From Oscillospiraceae bacterium (GTDB taxonomy: Bacteria > Bacillota > Clostridia > Oscillospirales > Ruminococcaceae): a DNA stretch of 64,000 nucleotides. Below are positions 28,895 through 37,639 of the stretch, piece by piece. Made by a program: the position numbers and the translations under genes. The stretch lies in contig JBMNHF010000004.1 in the NCBI GenBank assembly GCA_050950205.1, forward strand, positions 19,045 through 83,044. The letters are read 5' to 3'. The notes under the pieces were generated by a model. It ran no database searches. It was not told the DNA's origin and saw only the letters and a program-made list of their open reading frames with translations. Numbering within the stretch: position 1 is the stretch's first letter; each line of letters starts with the position of its first letter.

Positions 28895-29134
28895 CTACAT
28901 TCTGTGTTGCTCTGTTTTGCAGCTGTCCACCTGATAACCAAGCTGCTCCAGTCGGCGTTCCAGCTGATGACAGTTTACCCCGGTGTTGTCATAGTCCACC
29001 GCCAGTGTATTCTTTTCCGGATTGACACTCACCGATAACACACCCCGAAAAGCATCCAGCTCCCGCTTGAGGGTTTTTGCATCCCGCTTTCCGCTTAAAT
29101 TGCTGATTGCAAAATATGCGCTTTCTTTGGACAT
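28895..29134 (-). CDS. HMA-fold protein lacking the CxxC metal-binding motif
   Basis: GVLSVSVN...LAVDYD...LEQLGY HMA pattern; SGKRD in place of MxCxxC. Confidence 0.7.
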   Translation of the reverse strand: MSKESAYFAISNLSGKRDAKTLKRELDAFRGVLSVSVNPEKNTLAVDYDNTGVNCHQLERRLEQLGYQVDSCKTEQHRM

Positions 29135-29313
29135 GTTTCATCATCCTTATCGTGATTATCCAAACGGCTCAGATCAATGTTTTAATTTTTTATGCCCAAG
29201 GGCACAGATTTATAGTTTTCGTTTTCAAAACAATTATACCGCCCATGCTTTTCCTTTTGGTATGGGGTTTGAAAAAGCGTTTTTTCCGCAAAGTTTGCAA
29301 GACTGCGCATATC

Positions 29314-29342
29314 GCATACTTAAAATGCAATCGGAAACACTA
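29314..29342 (+). promoter_or_regulatory. sigmaF/sigmaG-like promoter upstream of ku
   Basis: GCATA-N14-GGAAACACTA. Confidence 0.55.
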
Positions 29343-29361
29343 AAGCTGGAGGTGTTCTGCT

Positions 29362-30135
29362 ATGGCATCACGCAAATCGGTGATAACGTTTGGTATGGTG
29401 GCCATTCCCATTGCCATGTCCACAGCCACCCGGGACAATGATATTCATTTTAATCAGCTGCACAAAGAGGATCACAGCCGCATTCGCTACAAAAAAACCT
29501 GTTCCCACTGCGGCGTGGAAATCAAGGCGGAAGACATTGTCAAGGGCTTTGAATACGACAATGACAAATATGTGGTAATCACAGACGAAGAAATTGAAAA
29601 AATCAAAACCGAAAAGGAAAAATCCATCCAGATTCTGCATTTTGCCCAACTCAACCAAATTTCCCCCGTCTATTACGACAAAACCTATCAGGCCGCCCCC
29701 CAAGCGGGAGGGGAAAAGGCCTTTGAGCTGCTGCGCGCCGCATTGATGGCGGAACAGAAAATCGCCATCGGCAAAACGGTGTTGGGCACCCGAGACACCT
29801 TAATGGCCATCATCCCCCGGGAGGACGGCATCCTCATTTCTACCATGTTCTACGCCGATGAAATTAAGGAGCTGCAAAAGCCGTATGGAAAGCCGGAGGT
29901 TTCCGAGCAGGAACTGAATATGGCAAAAATTTTGATCAATTCCATGGATACTCCCTTTGACCCCTCCCAGTATAAGGACGAGTATCAGGCCAAGCTCCGC
30001 GCCCTGATCGAAACCAAAATCTCCGGGCAGGAAGTGGTGGCTCCCGAGTCCGAAGGACCCAGCAAAGTCATCGACCTAATGGAAGCACTCAAGGCCAGCG
30101 TGGAAAAAGCGCAACAAGAAAAGGCACTGGCGTAA
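29362..30135 (+). CDS. ku: NHEJ DNA end-binding protein Ku
   Basis: ITFGMVAIPIA, RIRYKKTC, IVKGFEY, FDPSQYKDEY, VIDLMEALKAS. Confidence 0.97.
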   Translation: MASRKSVITFGMVAIPIAMSTATRDNDIHFNQLHKEDHSRIRYKKTCSHCGVEIKAEDIVKGFEYDNDKYVVITDEEIEKIKTEKEKSIQILHFAQLNQISPVYYDKTYQAAPQAGGEKAFELLRAALMAEQKIAIGKTVLGTRDTLMAIIPREDGILISTMFYADEIKELQKPYGKPEVSEQELNMAKILINSMDTPFDPSQYKDEYQAKLRALIETKISGQEVVAPESEGPSKVIDLMEALKASVEKAQQEKALA

Positions 30136-32585
30136 TGGCAGTTCGGCTGGAAGAGTATTACCAAAAGCGAAATTTTACAAAAACCCCCGAGCCGTCGGGG
30201 GAAGAAGAACCCAATCCCGAAGCAGAGCCCCAAGGGCTGCGGTTTGTGGTGCAACACCATATGGCGCGGCGAGAGCATTACGACCTTCGGCTGGAATGGA
30301 GGGGCGCACTGCTAAGCTGGGCGGTACCCAAAGGTCCGTCCTATCACACCCGGGACAAGCGCCTGGCCATTCAGGTGGAGGATCACCCTCTGGAGTACCG
30401 AAATTTTGAGGGCACCATCCCCAAGGGAGAGTATGGCGGCGGCACCGTCATGCTCTGGGACGAAGGCTATTGGGAGCCCCAAAACAATGTGGAGGAAGGG
30501 CTTCGCAGCGGCTCCCTCAAGCTGGTGCTAAAGGGGCGAAGGCTCAAGGGCAAATGGGCCCTGGTGCGGATGAAGGCAAAGGCGGGAGAATCGGCCGACA
30601 ACTGGCTTTTGCTCAAGGAAAAAGACCAATATGCCCGGGAGGATGACGGAATTTCGCAGTTTACCACCAGCATTCGCACCGGGCGCACCATGGAGGAAAT
30701 TGAAGAGGGGGCAGAAGAAAAATTCACCCGAAACCCTTTTCGGCAAACCGGCGTGCAGCTGGCCAAGCTGGTCAAAGACATCCCGCAAGGGGACGGCTGG
30801 CTCTATGAAGTAAAATACGACGGTTACCGGATGGTTGCCTACGTGGAAGGCAACGGTGTGCGGCTGATCTCCCGGGGGGGCAATGACTATACCGGGCACT
30901 TTCAACCGGTGGCGGATGCTCTGGTGGATTGGGCTGCCGGACGGGCCATGGTTCTGGACGGGGAAATGGTGGTGACCGACCCCCAAGGCAGAACGGATTT
31001 TCAGGCCCTGCAAAATTATCTGCGAAAGCCAAGGCCCCAACATCTTGCCTACATTGTCTTTGACCTTCTCGCTTTGGATGGCGAGGATTTGAGAAGCCAA
31101 CCCTTAACCCAGCGAAAAGAAACGCTGGAGGCTTTGATGCAGGGCGCCCCCAACTATCTTCACTACAGCCGGCACACCATCGGCAATGGGGAGGCAAGCT
31201 TTTGCGCGGCCTGTCAGCTGAATTTGGAAGGCATCATCGGCAAAAAAGCCGATTCCATTTATAGCGGAACCCGAAGCGGCGATTGGATTAAGCTCAAATG
31301 CGATAAACGGCAGGAATTTGTCATCGGGGGATATACCCGGCAAAAAGCCGACCGCATCATCAGTTCCCTTCTCCTTGGCATCTATCAGGACGGGGAGCTG
31401 ATTTATGCCGGCCGCGCCGGGACGGGATTGAGCCAACGGGACATGAAACAGCTGATGGAAAAATTCGAGGGCATCCAAAGGGCGCAATCACCTTTTTTGA
31501 CTGCTCCCAAGGCCAGAGCCAATGAAAGCATCACTTGGCTGGAGCCGCATCTGGTGGCGGAAGTCAAATTTGCCGAGTGGACGGAGGAACATTTGTTGCG
31601 ACAGGCAAGCTACCAAGGCTTGCGGGAGGATAAAAATCCGAAAGAGGTAAAAAAAGAAGGGGCAGATGTTCCGGCGCAGCCGGCATCATCTGCCCAAGAA
31701 CGGGAGAAGCCAATGGATACAAAGGGTGACAATATTCTGGTGGAAGGAATCAAAATCAGCAGCCCGGACAAGGTGATATTCAACCACCCCAAAATCACAA
31801 AAGCAGATGTAGCCCGCTACTACGCAAAGGTGGCAGAGCGGATGCTTCCCTATGTGAGCCATCGTATTTTGAGCATTGTGCGCTGCCCCAAGGGGGTATC
31901 CCAGTCCTGTTTTTACAAGAAGCATCCCGGCTCCAGCAGTCGGGAGGTTGTCACCATCCCCATCACCAACAGCGACGGAGAGACAGAAGATTATTTTTAT
32001 ATTGAAAGCCGGGCAGGGCTTATCTCCGAAGCCCAGATGGGCACCTTGGAATTTCACGTCTGGGGCAGCCGGGTGGAACATCTGGAGCAGCCGGATATGA
32101 TGGTATTTGACCTGGACCCGGATGAGGGAATGGCGCTGGATTTGGTTCGCCAAGGGGTAAGGGATCTCCAAAGTATTCTGGCGGAGCTTTCCCTGATTTC
32201 CTACCTCAAAACCAGCGGGGGCAAGGGATATCATGTGGTGGTGCCGTTGACACCATCGGCTTCTTGGGATGCTTTCAGTGATTTTGCCAAGGGGATTGCC
32301 CAAGTGATGGAGCAAAAATGGCCGGACCGCTACACCAGCAATATGCGAAAGAGCAAGCGCACCAACAAGATCTTTATCGACTGGGTGCGAAACGGCAGAG
32401 GGGCCACCAGCGTTGCCCCTTATTCCATTCGGGCAAGAGAAGGAGCCACGGTATCCATGCCGATTGGGTGGGATGAATTGGACACGGTTGAACCAGACGG
32501 CATTCATATGGAAGATGCACTGCTGAGAATCGGTGGGGCAGATCCCTGGGAAGGTTTTTTTACACACCAACAGCAGTTGAAATAA
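30135..32585 (+). CDS. ligD: DNA ligase D (phosphoesterase-ligase-polymerase)
   Basis: HYDLRLE/SWAVPKGP (PE), YEVKYDGYR and EGIIGK (ligase), FDLDPD and KTSGGKGYH (polymerase). Confidence 0.97.
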   Translation: MAVRLEEYYQKRNFTKTPEPSGEEEPNPEAEPQGLRFVVQHHMARREHYDLRLEWRGALLSWAVPKGPSYHTRDKRLAIQVEDHPLEYRNFEGTIPKGEYGGGTVMLWDEGYWEPQNNVEEGLRSGSLKLVLKGRRLKGKWALVRMKAKAGESADNWLLLKEKDQYAREDDGISQFTTSIRTGRTMEEIEEGAEEKFTRNPFRQTGVQLAKLVKDIPQGDGWLYEVKYDGYRMVAYVEGNGVRLISRGGNDYTGHFQPVADALVDWAAGRAMVLDGEMVVTDPQGRTDFQALQNYLRKPRPQHLAYIVFDLLALDGEDLRSQPLTQRKETLEALMQGAPNYLHYSRHTIGNGEASFCAACQLNLEGIIGKKADSIYSGTRSGDWIKLKCDKRQEFVIGGYTRQKADRIISSLLLGIYQDGELIYAGRAGTGLSQRDMKQLMEKFEGIQRAQSPFLTAPKARANESITWLEPHLVAEVKFAEWTEEHLLRQASYQGLREDKNPKEVKKEGADVPAQPASSAQEREKPMDTKGDNILVEGIKISSPDKVIFNHPKITKADVARYYAKVAERMLPYVSHRILSIVRCPKGVSQSCFYKKHPGSSSREVVTIPITNSDGETEDYFYIESRAGLISEAQMGTLEFHVWGSRVEHLEQPDMMVFDLDPDEGMALDLVRQGVRDLQSILAELSLISYLKTSGGKGYHVVVPLTPSASWDAFSDFAKGIAQVMEQKWPDRYTSNMRKSKRTNKIFIDWVRNGRGATSVAPYSIRAREGATVSMPIGWDELDTVEPDGIHMEDALLRIGGADPWEGFFTHQQQLK

Positions 32586-32612
32586 GGACATTGCTATCTA
32601 AGCAGCCATTAA

Positions 32613-32654
32613 AAAACAAAAGATCGCCGAAAAGCATCGGCGATCTTTTGTTTT
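32613..32654. terminator. Bidirectional terminator between ligD and tRNA-Leu
   Basis: AAAACAAAAGATCGCCGA / TCGGCGATCTTTTGTTTT. Confidence 0.85.
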
Positions 32655-32961
32655 GGTGCCGCTGACGGGACTCGAACCCGTACGGTGTTTACCACCGAGG
32701 GATTTTCTCCACCACACACGGTTACCCGTGCCGCAAACAAGTTTGCGTTGTAGCCCGGACTATGTCTTCACCCTGCCGATTTCCCGGTTTAGGTGGCTGC
32801 CGTATAGTCTCTACACCTTCCGGCGCTTTGCCGGCTTGGCTCGGCGTTGCCCACAATCATGCAGGTGGGTGTTCACCGAATTTGACAGCATCCACATGGC
32901 GGTTTCCCATCCATGCGCTCCTTCTGAAGTCCCTTGCGTCTGCCTGTTCCGCCACAGCGGC
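32654..32961 (-). tRNA. tRNA-Leu(UAA) interrupted by an intron (exons 32927-32961 and 32654-32706)
   Basis: Acceptor GCCGCTG/CAGCGGC-A-CCA; D-arm GCG/CGC; anticodon stem AGGGA/TCCCT; spliced loop CT-TAA-AA; long variable arm; GTTCGAGTC T-loop. Confidence 0.95.
32707..32926 (-). ncRNA. Group I self-splicing intron, 220 nt, no homing endonuclease
   Basis: Core elements AAATTCGGTGAA, AACGCCGAG, GTGTAGAGACTA, AAGACATAGTCC; P1 exon CUU with intron GAG (U.G at the splice site); P3 GCTGTC/GGCAGC; terminal G before the 3' exon. Confidence 0.93.
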
Positions 32962-32982
32962 ATTTTGCAATTTGGCTCTGTC

Positions 32983-33011
32983 ATTATACAATAAATTGCA
33001 ACCCGCGTCAA
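32983..33011 (-). promoter_or_regulatory. sigmaA promoter of tRNA-Leu
   Basis: TTGACG-17 bp-TATAAT on the minus strand, about 20 nt upstream of the tRNA 5' end. Confidence 0.8.
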
Positions 33012-33129
33012 TCAAAAGGTAACCTTGTCCATGCCGTAAGCTCATTGCTTCCATCAAAGGGACACATCACCATAAAAATTCGCTTGAGAGCAGAGGGCAC
33101 ATAAAGCGATGTGTCCCTTATAGCAGTAT

Positions 33130-33163
33130 TTTTATGGGAGAACGAGCCGGTTCTCCCATAAAA
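33130..33163. terminator. Terminator downstream of pgm
   Basis: TTTTATGGGAGAAC / GTTCTCCCATAAAA 14-bp stem. Confidence 0.75.
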
Positions 33164-33197
33164 TGCCGCCACTCTCTTTCCAACCAATTCCACAAAG

Positions 33198-34919
33198 CTA
33201 CCCTTGAATCAAGGATTTACCGGCCTTTCGGTACCGCTGGGCCATATCCGCCGCCTGAGGATGGCTTTGGGCGGCAACGGTGTAGTAAACCTTAATTTTG
33301 GGCTCGGTGCCGGAGGGGCGAATTAAAATGGTGTTTTTGTTCTTCAGCTTCAGCTCAATCATATTGGTGGAGGGAAGCTCCACTTCCCGGCTTTGTCCGT
33401 CTGTGATCTCACGGCCGGTCTGATAATCCAACACAGAGACTACTGGATCCCCTGCGATTTCGGCGGGGGGGACGTTGCGCAACCGCTCCATAATTTCTGC
33501 CATGGCCTCCATGCCCGATGCTCCCTCGAATACAAAATTATCCACATCGCTGCGCCAAACCCCGTGTTTTGCGTACAGCTCCTCCAGCCAGTCCACCAAA
33601 GTCATGCCCTCCACCTTGGCGGCACAGGCCATCTCCGCCACCAAAAGGCTGGCATCCACCCCATCCTTATCCCGAACAAAGGGACTGGTAAGGTAACCGC
33701 AGCTTTCCTCAAAGGCAAAGATAAAGCGGTCGATCTGGTTTTCTGTCTCCAGCTGAGCAAGCACCTCTCCCACATGTTTAAAGCCGGTGAGAACTTTATA
33801 CAGCTCCACCCCATAACTGGCTGCCACCTTGTCGGCCATGGCAGAGCTGACCACAGAGCGGATGGCTACCGGATGCTCCGGCATACGCCCCAGCTTTTGG
33901 CGGGTTCGGCAGAGATAATCCAGCATCAAAATGCCCAGCTCATTGCCGGTGAGAATGCGGTACTCCCCTTGGTGCCGCACTGCTGTTGCCACTCGGTCGC
34001 AGTCCGGGTCGGTGGCAAGGAGCAGGTCGGCCCCCGTTTCCTCACAAAGGCGAAGACCCAGCTTTAGAGCGTCATGGGATTCCGGGTTGGGATAGGGGCA
34101 GGTGGGGAAGTTCCCGTCGGGATGCTCTTGTTGGGGGACAACAATGACATCCTCAATCCCCAGACGGTGCAAAGTATGGCGGACGGCTTTGTTCCCCGCT
34201 CCGTTGAGAGGGGTATACACCAGCTTGAGCCCCGCTTCGGAACACACCCGAGGCTGCAGCGATCGCCCATAGATTCTGTCCAAATACTGCTCCACCAGGG
34301 AATCGGAAATCCACTCGATCAGCCCTTTTTCCATGGCCTGATCAAATTCCAGATAGCGTACCCCGTCGAACAAATCGGTGCTTAGAATCTCTTTCTGCAC
34401 CCGGTCGGCGATTTCGGTGCCGATTTGGCACCCGGTGGGGTCATATGCCTTGAATCCGTTGTAGGCCGCAGGGTTGTGGCTGGCGGTAATCACCACTCCG
34501 GTGTCGCAGCCCAACTCCCGCACCGCAAAGGAAAGGGCAGGGGTGGGCATCAGCTCCCGGTAGAGGTAAACCTTCACCCCGTTGGCGGCAAACACACAGG
34601 CGGCGTGGTGGGCAAACTCTTGGGAGCAGTGGCGGGAATCGTAAGCTATGGCGGCGCTGGGATGGGTTACCCCGGTGCCCAGCAGATATTGGGCAAGGCC
34701 TTGGGTGGCTCGCCCCACCACATAGCAGTTCATCCGGTTGGTGCCCATTCCCAGAATCCCCCGCAGCCCGGCGGTTCCAAAGGAAAGCTCCCGGTAAAAC
34801 CGGTCTTTGATTTCCTCCGGATTCTTTTGGATGTCCGCTAATTCCTGTTGAGCCTTGGGATCTTTTTTTGTTTTTTCCAGCCACAGGCGGTAAATCTTCT
34901 CTTCTCTTGTCATGGGCAT
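33198..34919 (-). CDS. pgm: Phosphoglucomutase/phosphomannomutase
   Basis: FGTAGLRG, ITASHNP, ATDPDCDR, FEESCGY, RPSGTEPKIK. Confidence 0.93.
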   Translation of the reverse strand: MPMTREEKIYRLWLEKTKKDPKAQQELADIQKNPEEIKDRFYRELSFGTAGLRGILGMGTNRMNCYVVGRATQGLAQYLLGTGVTHPSAAIAYDSRHCSQEFAHHAACVFAANGVKVYLYRELMPTPALSFAVRELGCDTGVVITASHNPAAYNGFKAYDPTGCQIGTEIADRVQKEILSTDLFDGVRYLEFDQAMEKGLIEWISDSLVEQYLDRIYGRSLQPRVCSEAGLKLVYTPLNGAGNKAVRHTLHRLGIEDVIVVPQQEHPDGNFPTCPYPNPESHDALKLGLRLCEETGADLLLATDPDCDRVATAVRHQGEYRILTGNELGILMLDYLCRTRQKLGRMPEHPVAIRSVVSSAMADKVAASYGVELYKVLTGFKHVGEVLAQLETENQIDRFIFAFEESCGYLTSPFVRDKDGVDASLLVAEMACAAKVEGMTLVDWLEELYAKHGVWRSDVDNFVFEGASGMEAMAEIMERLRNVPPAEIAGDPVVSVLDYQTGREITDGQSREVELPSTNMIELKLKNKNTILIRPSGTEPKIKVYYTVAAQSHPQAADMAQRYRKAGKSLIQG

Positions 34920-35060
34920 ATCCTCTTCCTCTATCTTTTCTAAGGTCATTATGCCGCAAAAACGGCGTTACATGCCATAGCCCGGGAATACTTTCCCGCA
35001 TTCCTCTCATACTAGAAGCAAATTAGAACCATCATCATCCCCTTGAAAGGAGACCTGCCT

Positions 35061-35420
35061 GTGAAACAAGGCAAACGCTGGCTTGCCTGGCCCATGGGGC
35101 TGGCGGTGGGGCTGCTCAACGGCTTTTTTGGCTCGGGAGGCGGTATGGTGGGTGTTCCCATGCTCCGATTTATGGGGCTGGAAACCCAAGAATGCCACGC
35201 CACCTGCATTGCCATCATCGCCCCGTTGGCGGCAGCTTCCGCCGGGTTCTACCTGTATCAAAAAGCCTTTGCCCTGCGGGATGCTCTCCTCTACCTGCCG
35301 GGAGGGCTGGCGGGCGCTTTGGTGGGGGCCTGGCTTTTGCCCCACCTGAAAACTGTCTGGATTAGGCGGGGATTTGGCGTACTCATCCTCTTTGCAGCCC
35401 TGCGGCTGCTCACCCGATGA
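35061..35420 (+). CDS. TauE/SafE-family membrane protein (half-size)
   Basis: GLLNGFFGSGGGMVGVP; hydrophobic throughout. Confidence 0.85.
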   Translation: MKQGKRWLAWPMGLAVGLLNGFFGSGGGMVGVPMLRFMGLETQECHATCIAIIAPLAAASAGFYLYQKAFALRDALLYLPGGLAGALVGAWLLPHLKTVWIRRGFGVLILFAALRLLTR

Positions 35421-35791
35421 GCTGGGTCTGGGCGGTGGCGGCCTCCTTTTTAGGCGCCATCATCAGCGCTTTGGGGATGGGAGGGGGCGGCATTCTTCTC
35501 ATCTACCTCACTGCCTATCTGGGAATGAGCCAGCTGGAGGCCCAGGGCATCAACCTGATCTTCTTCCTTCCAGTGGCGGCGGTGGCCCTCTGCATCCACG
35601 CCAAACACAAACTGATTCGCTGGAAGGTGGTGCTCCCCTTTGTGGCCTTGGGACTGCCCGCCGTCTGGCTGGGGGCATGGCTTGCCCAAAAGGTGGGGTC
35701 GGACCTTCTCTCCAAGCTGTTTGGCGGTTTTTTGCTTTTAATTGGGGTGCGGGAGCTGTTTTCCAAAGATCCGTCCAAAAAGAAGGGTTAG
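35417..35791 (+). CDS. TauE/SafE-family membrane protein (half-size)
   Basis: ALGMGGGGILLIYL...QLEAQGINLIFF; ATGA overlap with the upstream gene. Confidence 0.85.
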   Translation: MSWVWAVAASFLGAIISALGMGGGGILLIYLTAYLGMSQLEAQGINLIFFLPVAAVALCIHAKHKLIRWKVVLPFVALGLPAVWLGAWLAQKVGSDLLSKLFGGFLLLIGVRELFSKDPSKKKG

Positions 35792-37639
35792 TTTTTTAGG
35801 ATAACCCCCGAAAGGCCTCCCAGACTTTTTTCATCATACTCTCCGTAAACGGCGAGAGGTGTCGAAGTTTTAAAGCCTTGGGGCAAAATCAAGGGGTGAG
35901 TCTCCCCACTGCGGTTGACGGCAAAGAGGATAGAACACTCCCCCTTTTTACGGACAAAGGAGCAGACCTCGTCGGAAAAGCACACGGGGATAAACTCCCC
36001 TGCGGAAAAGATGGGAAACTCCCTTCGAACCCGCCCCAAAATCTGCAGGAAGGCCACCAAGCCGATATCTTCCCTTCCCCAAGGGTAGCACCCCCGGTTA
36101 AAGGGATCCTGATAGCCGCACATCCCCGCTTCGTCCCCGTAATAAAGGCAGGGAATCCCCGGCAGTCCATATTGCAAGATGCAGCCCAAGGCAAAGAGAT
36201 GCCTGCCCCGCCAATACTGCTCCTCCGGCAAGGCTTGGCGCTGGCTCTGCCAGTGGCGGTCGTGGTGCTCTACCGGCTCTCCTCCCAAAGCGGTGATGGC
36301 CCGCAGGGTGTCGTGAGTGGAAAGGCTGTTCATCAGCACCGAGACCACCGGCGGGGGATAGTGCTCCAAAATTTGCAGGATGGTGTTCAGAAAGCGGCTT
36401 CCGCCTCCATACCGCAGGTAGTGGAGCAGTGCGTTTCGGAAGGGGTAGTTCATCACACTGTCCATCTGTCCCCCCAGCAGATAGCGGCGACGCTTACCGT
36501 AGCTTATTTTGTTGGAGGCATCCTCCCACACTTCGCCAATGACGGCGCAGTCGGGGTCGTATGCTTTAACGCAGGCGTACAGGGCATCCAGAAAGAGGTC
36601 GGGTAGCTCATCTGCCACATCCAGCCGAAAGCCACAGGCCCCCAGCCTCAGCCACTTGGCCAGAACGCCACTTTCTCCGGTGATATATTCCAGGTAGGAG
36701 GGCTCGGTCTCCCGGACGTTGGGCAGGGTGGGAACCCCCCACCAGCACTCGTAGTCCTCCGGCCAGCGGCGAAACGGATACCAGGCAAAATAGGGGCTGT
36801 TGGTATCCCGGAAGGCTCCCCCTTGCCCGTAGCGGCCCTCCCGATTAAAATAGCGGCTGTCCGCCCCGGTGTGGGAAAATACTCCGTCCAAAATAACGGA
36901 GATCCCCCGCTTTTTGGCCTCCCGGCAGAGGGAGGCAAAGTCCTCCTCGCTGCCCAGCAGAGGGTCGATTTTTTCATAGTCGGCGGTATCGTACCGGTGG
37001 TTGGAATGCGCTTCAAAGATGGGGTTGAGGTAGAGGCAGGTAACCCCTAAGCTCACCAGATAATCCAGCTTTTCCTCAATGCCCCGCAGGTCTCCGCCAA
37101 AGTAATCGTTGTTGAGGATTTTGCCATTCTCGTCAGGGCGCCATTGCGGCAGCCCTCCCCAGTCGGAGCGCAGGATCCGGTCGGCGGGGACCTTTTCTTT
37201 GGGCGTTCCGCTAAAGAAAAACCGGTCGGGAAAGATTTGATACATCACACCCTCCCCAAGGCAGGAGGGTGCTTTTAGATTGCGGTGGTACACCGTCAGC
37301 TGCCAGTGGTCTCCCCCGGAAAGGGACGCCTGCCCATCGGGGCCTCGCAGCACCCTCCGGCATTGGCTTTGCGCTGCCAGTTCAAAGTGGTAGAACCAAA
37401 GCTGGGGCTCATCCCCCACAAAAGCGCAGCGGTAGTAGTTGCTGCAAAGGTCCGACTCTACCAGCTCCATGGGGACGGTGAGCGGTTGGATGGAGTGGTC
37501 TGCAGAAATCAGTTGAAGGCGGCATTCCCCCGCCCAGTCTTTCCCCACCGCCAGGGTGAAGGAAACCTCCTGTCCGGTGGAAACGGCTCCAAAAGGAGTT
37601 TTGCAGGAAGGAGCTTCGGCTGTCGAAGTAGACCTTCAT
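35788..37639 (-). pseudogene. GH13 neopullulanase/cyclomaltodextrinase-like enzyme with a frameshift at codon 11-12 (about 37606)
   Basis: YQIFPDRF, GGDLRGI, SNHRYDT, FRLDVADE, IGEVWED, STHDT. ATG 37639 overlaps the glgP stop (ATGA); MKVYFDSRSSF joins CKTPFGAV only if one C is removed. Confidence 0.85.

Noticed and set aside
32653-33057. ORFs 32653-32994, 32762-33022, 32811-33011 and 32857-33057, including a possible homing endonuclease
   Set aside because: They overlap the tRNA and intron structure, have no LAGLIDADG, HNH or GIY-YIG motifs, and the intron is only 220 nt.
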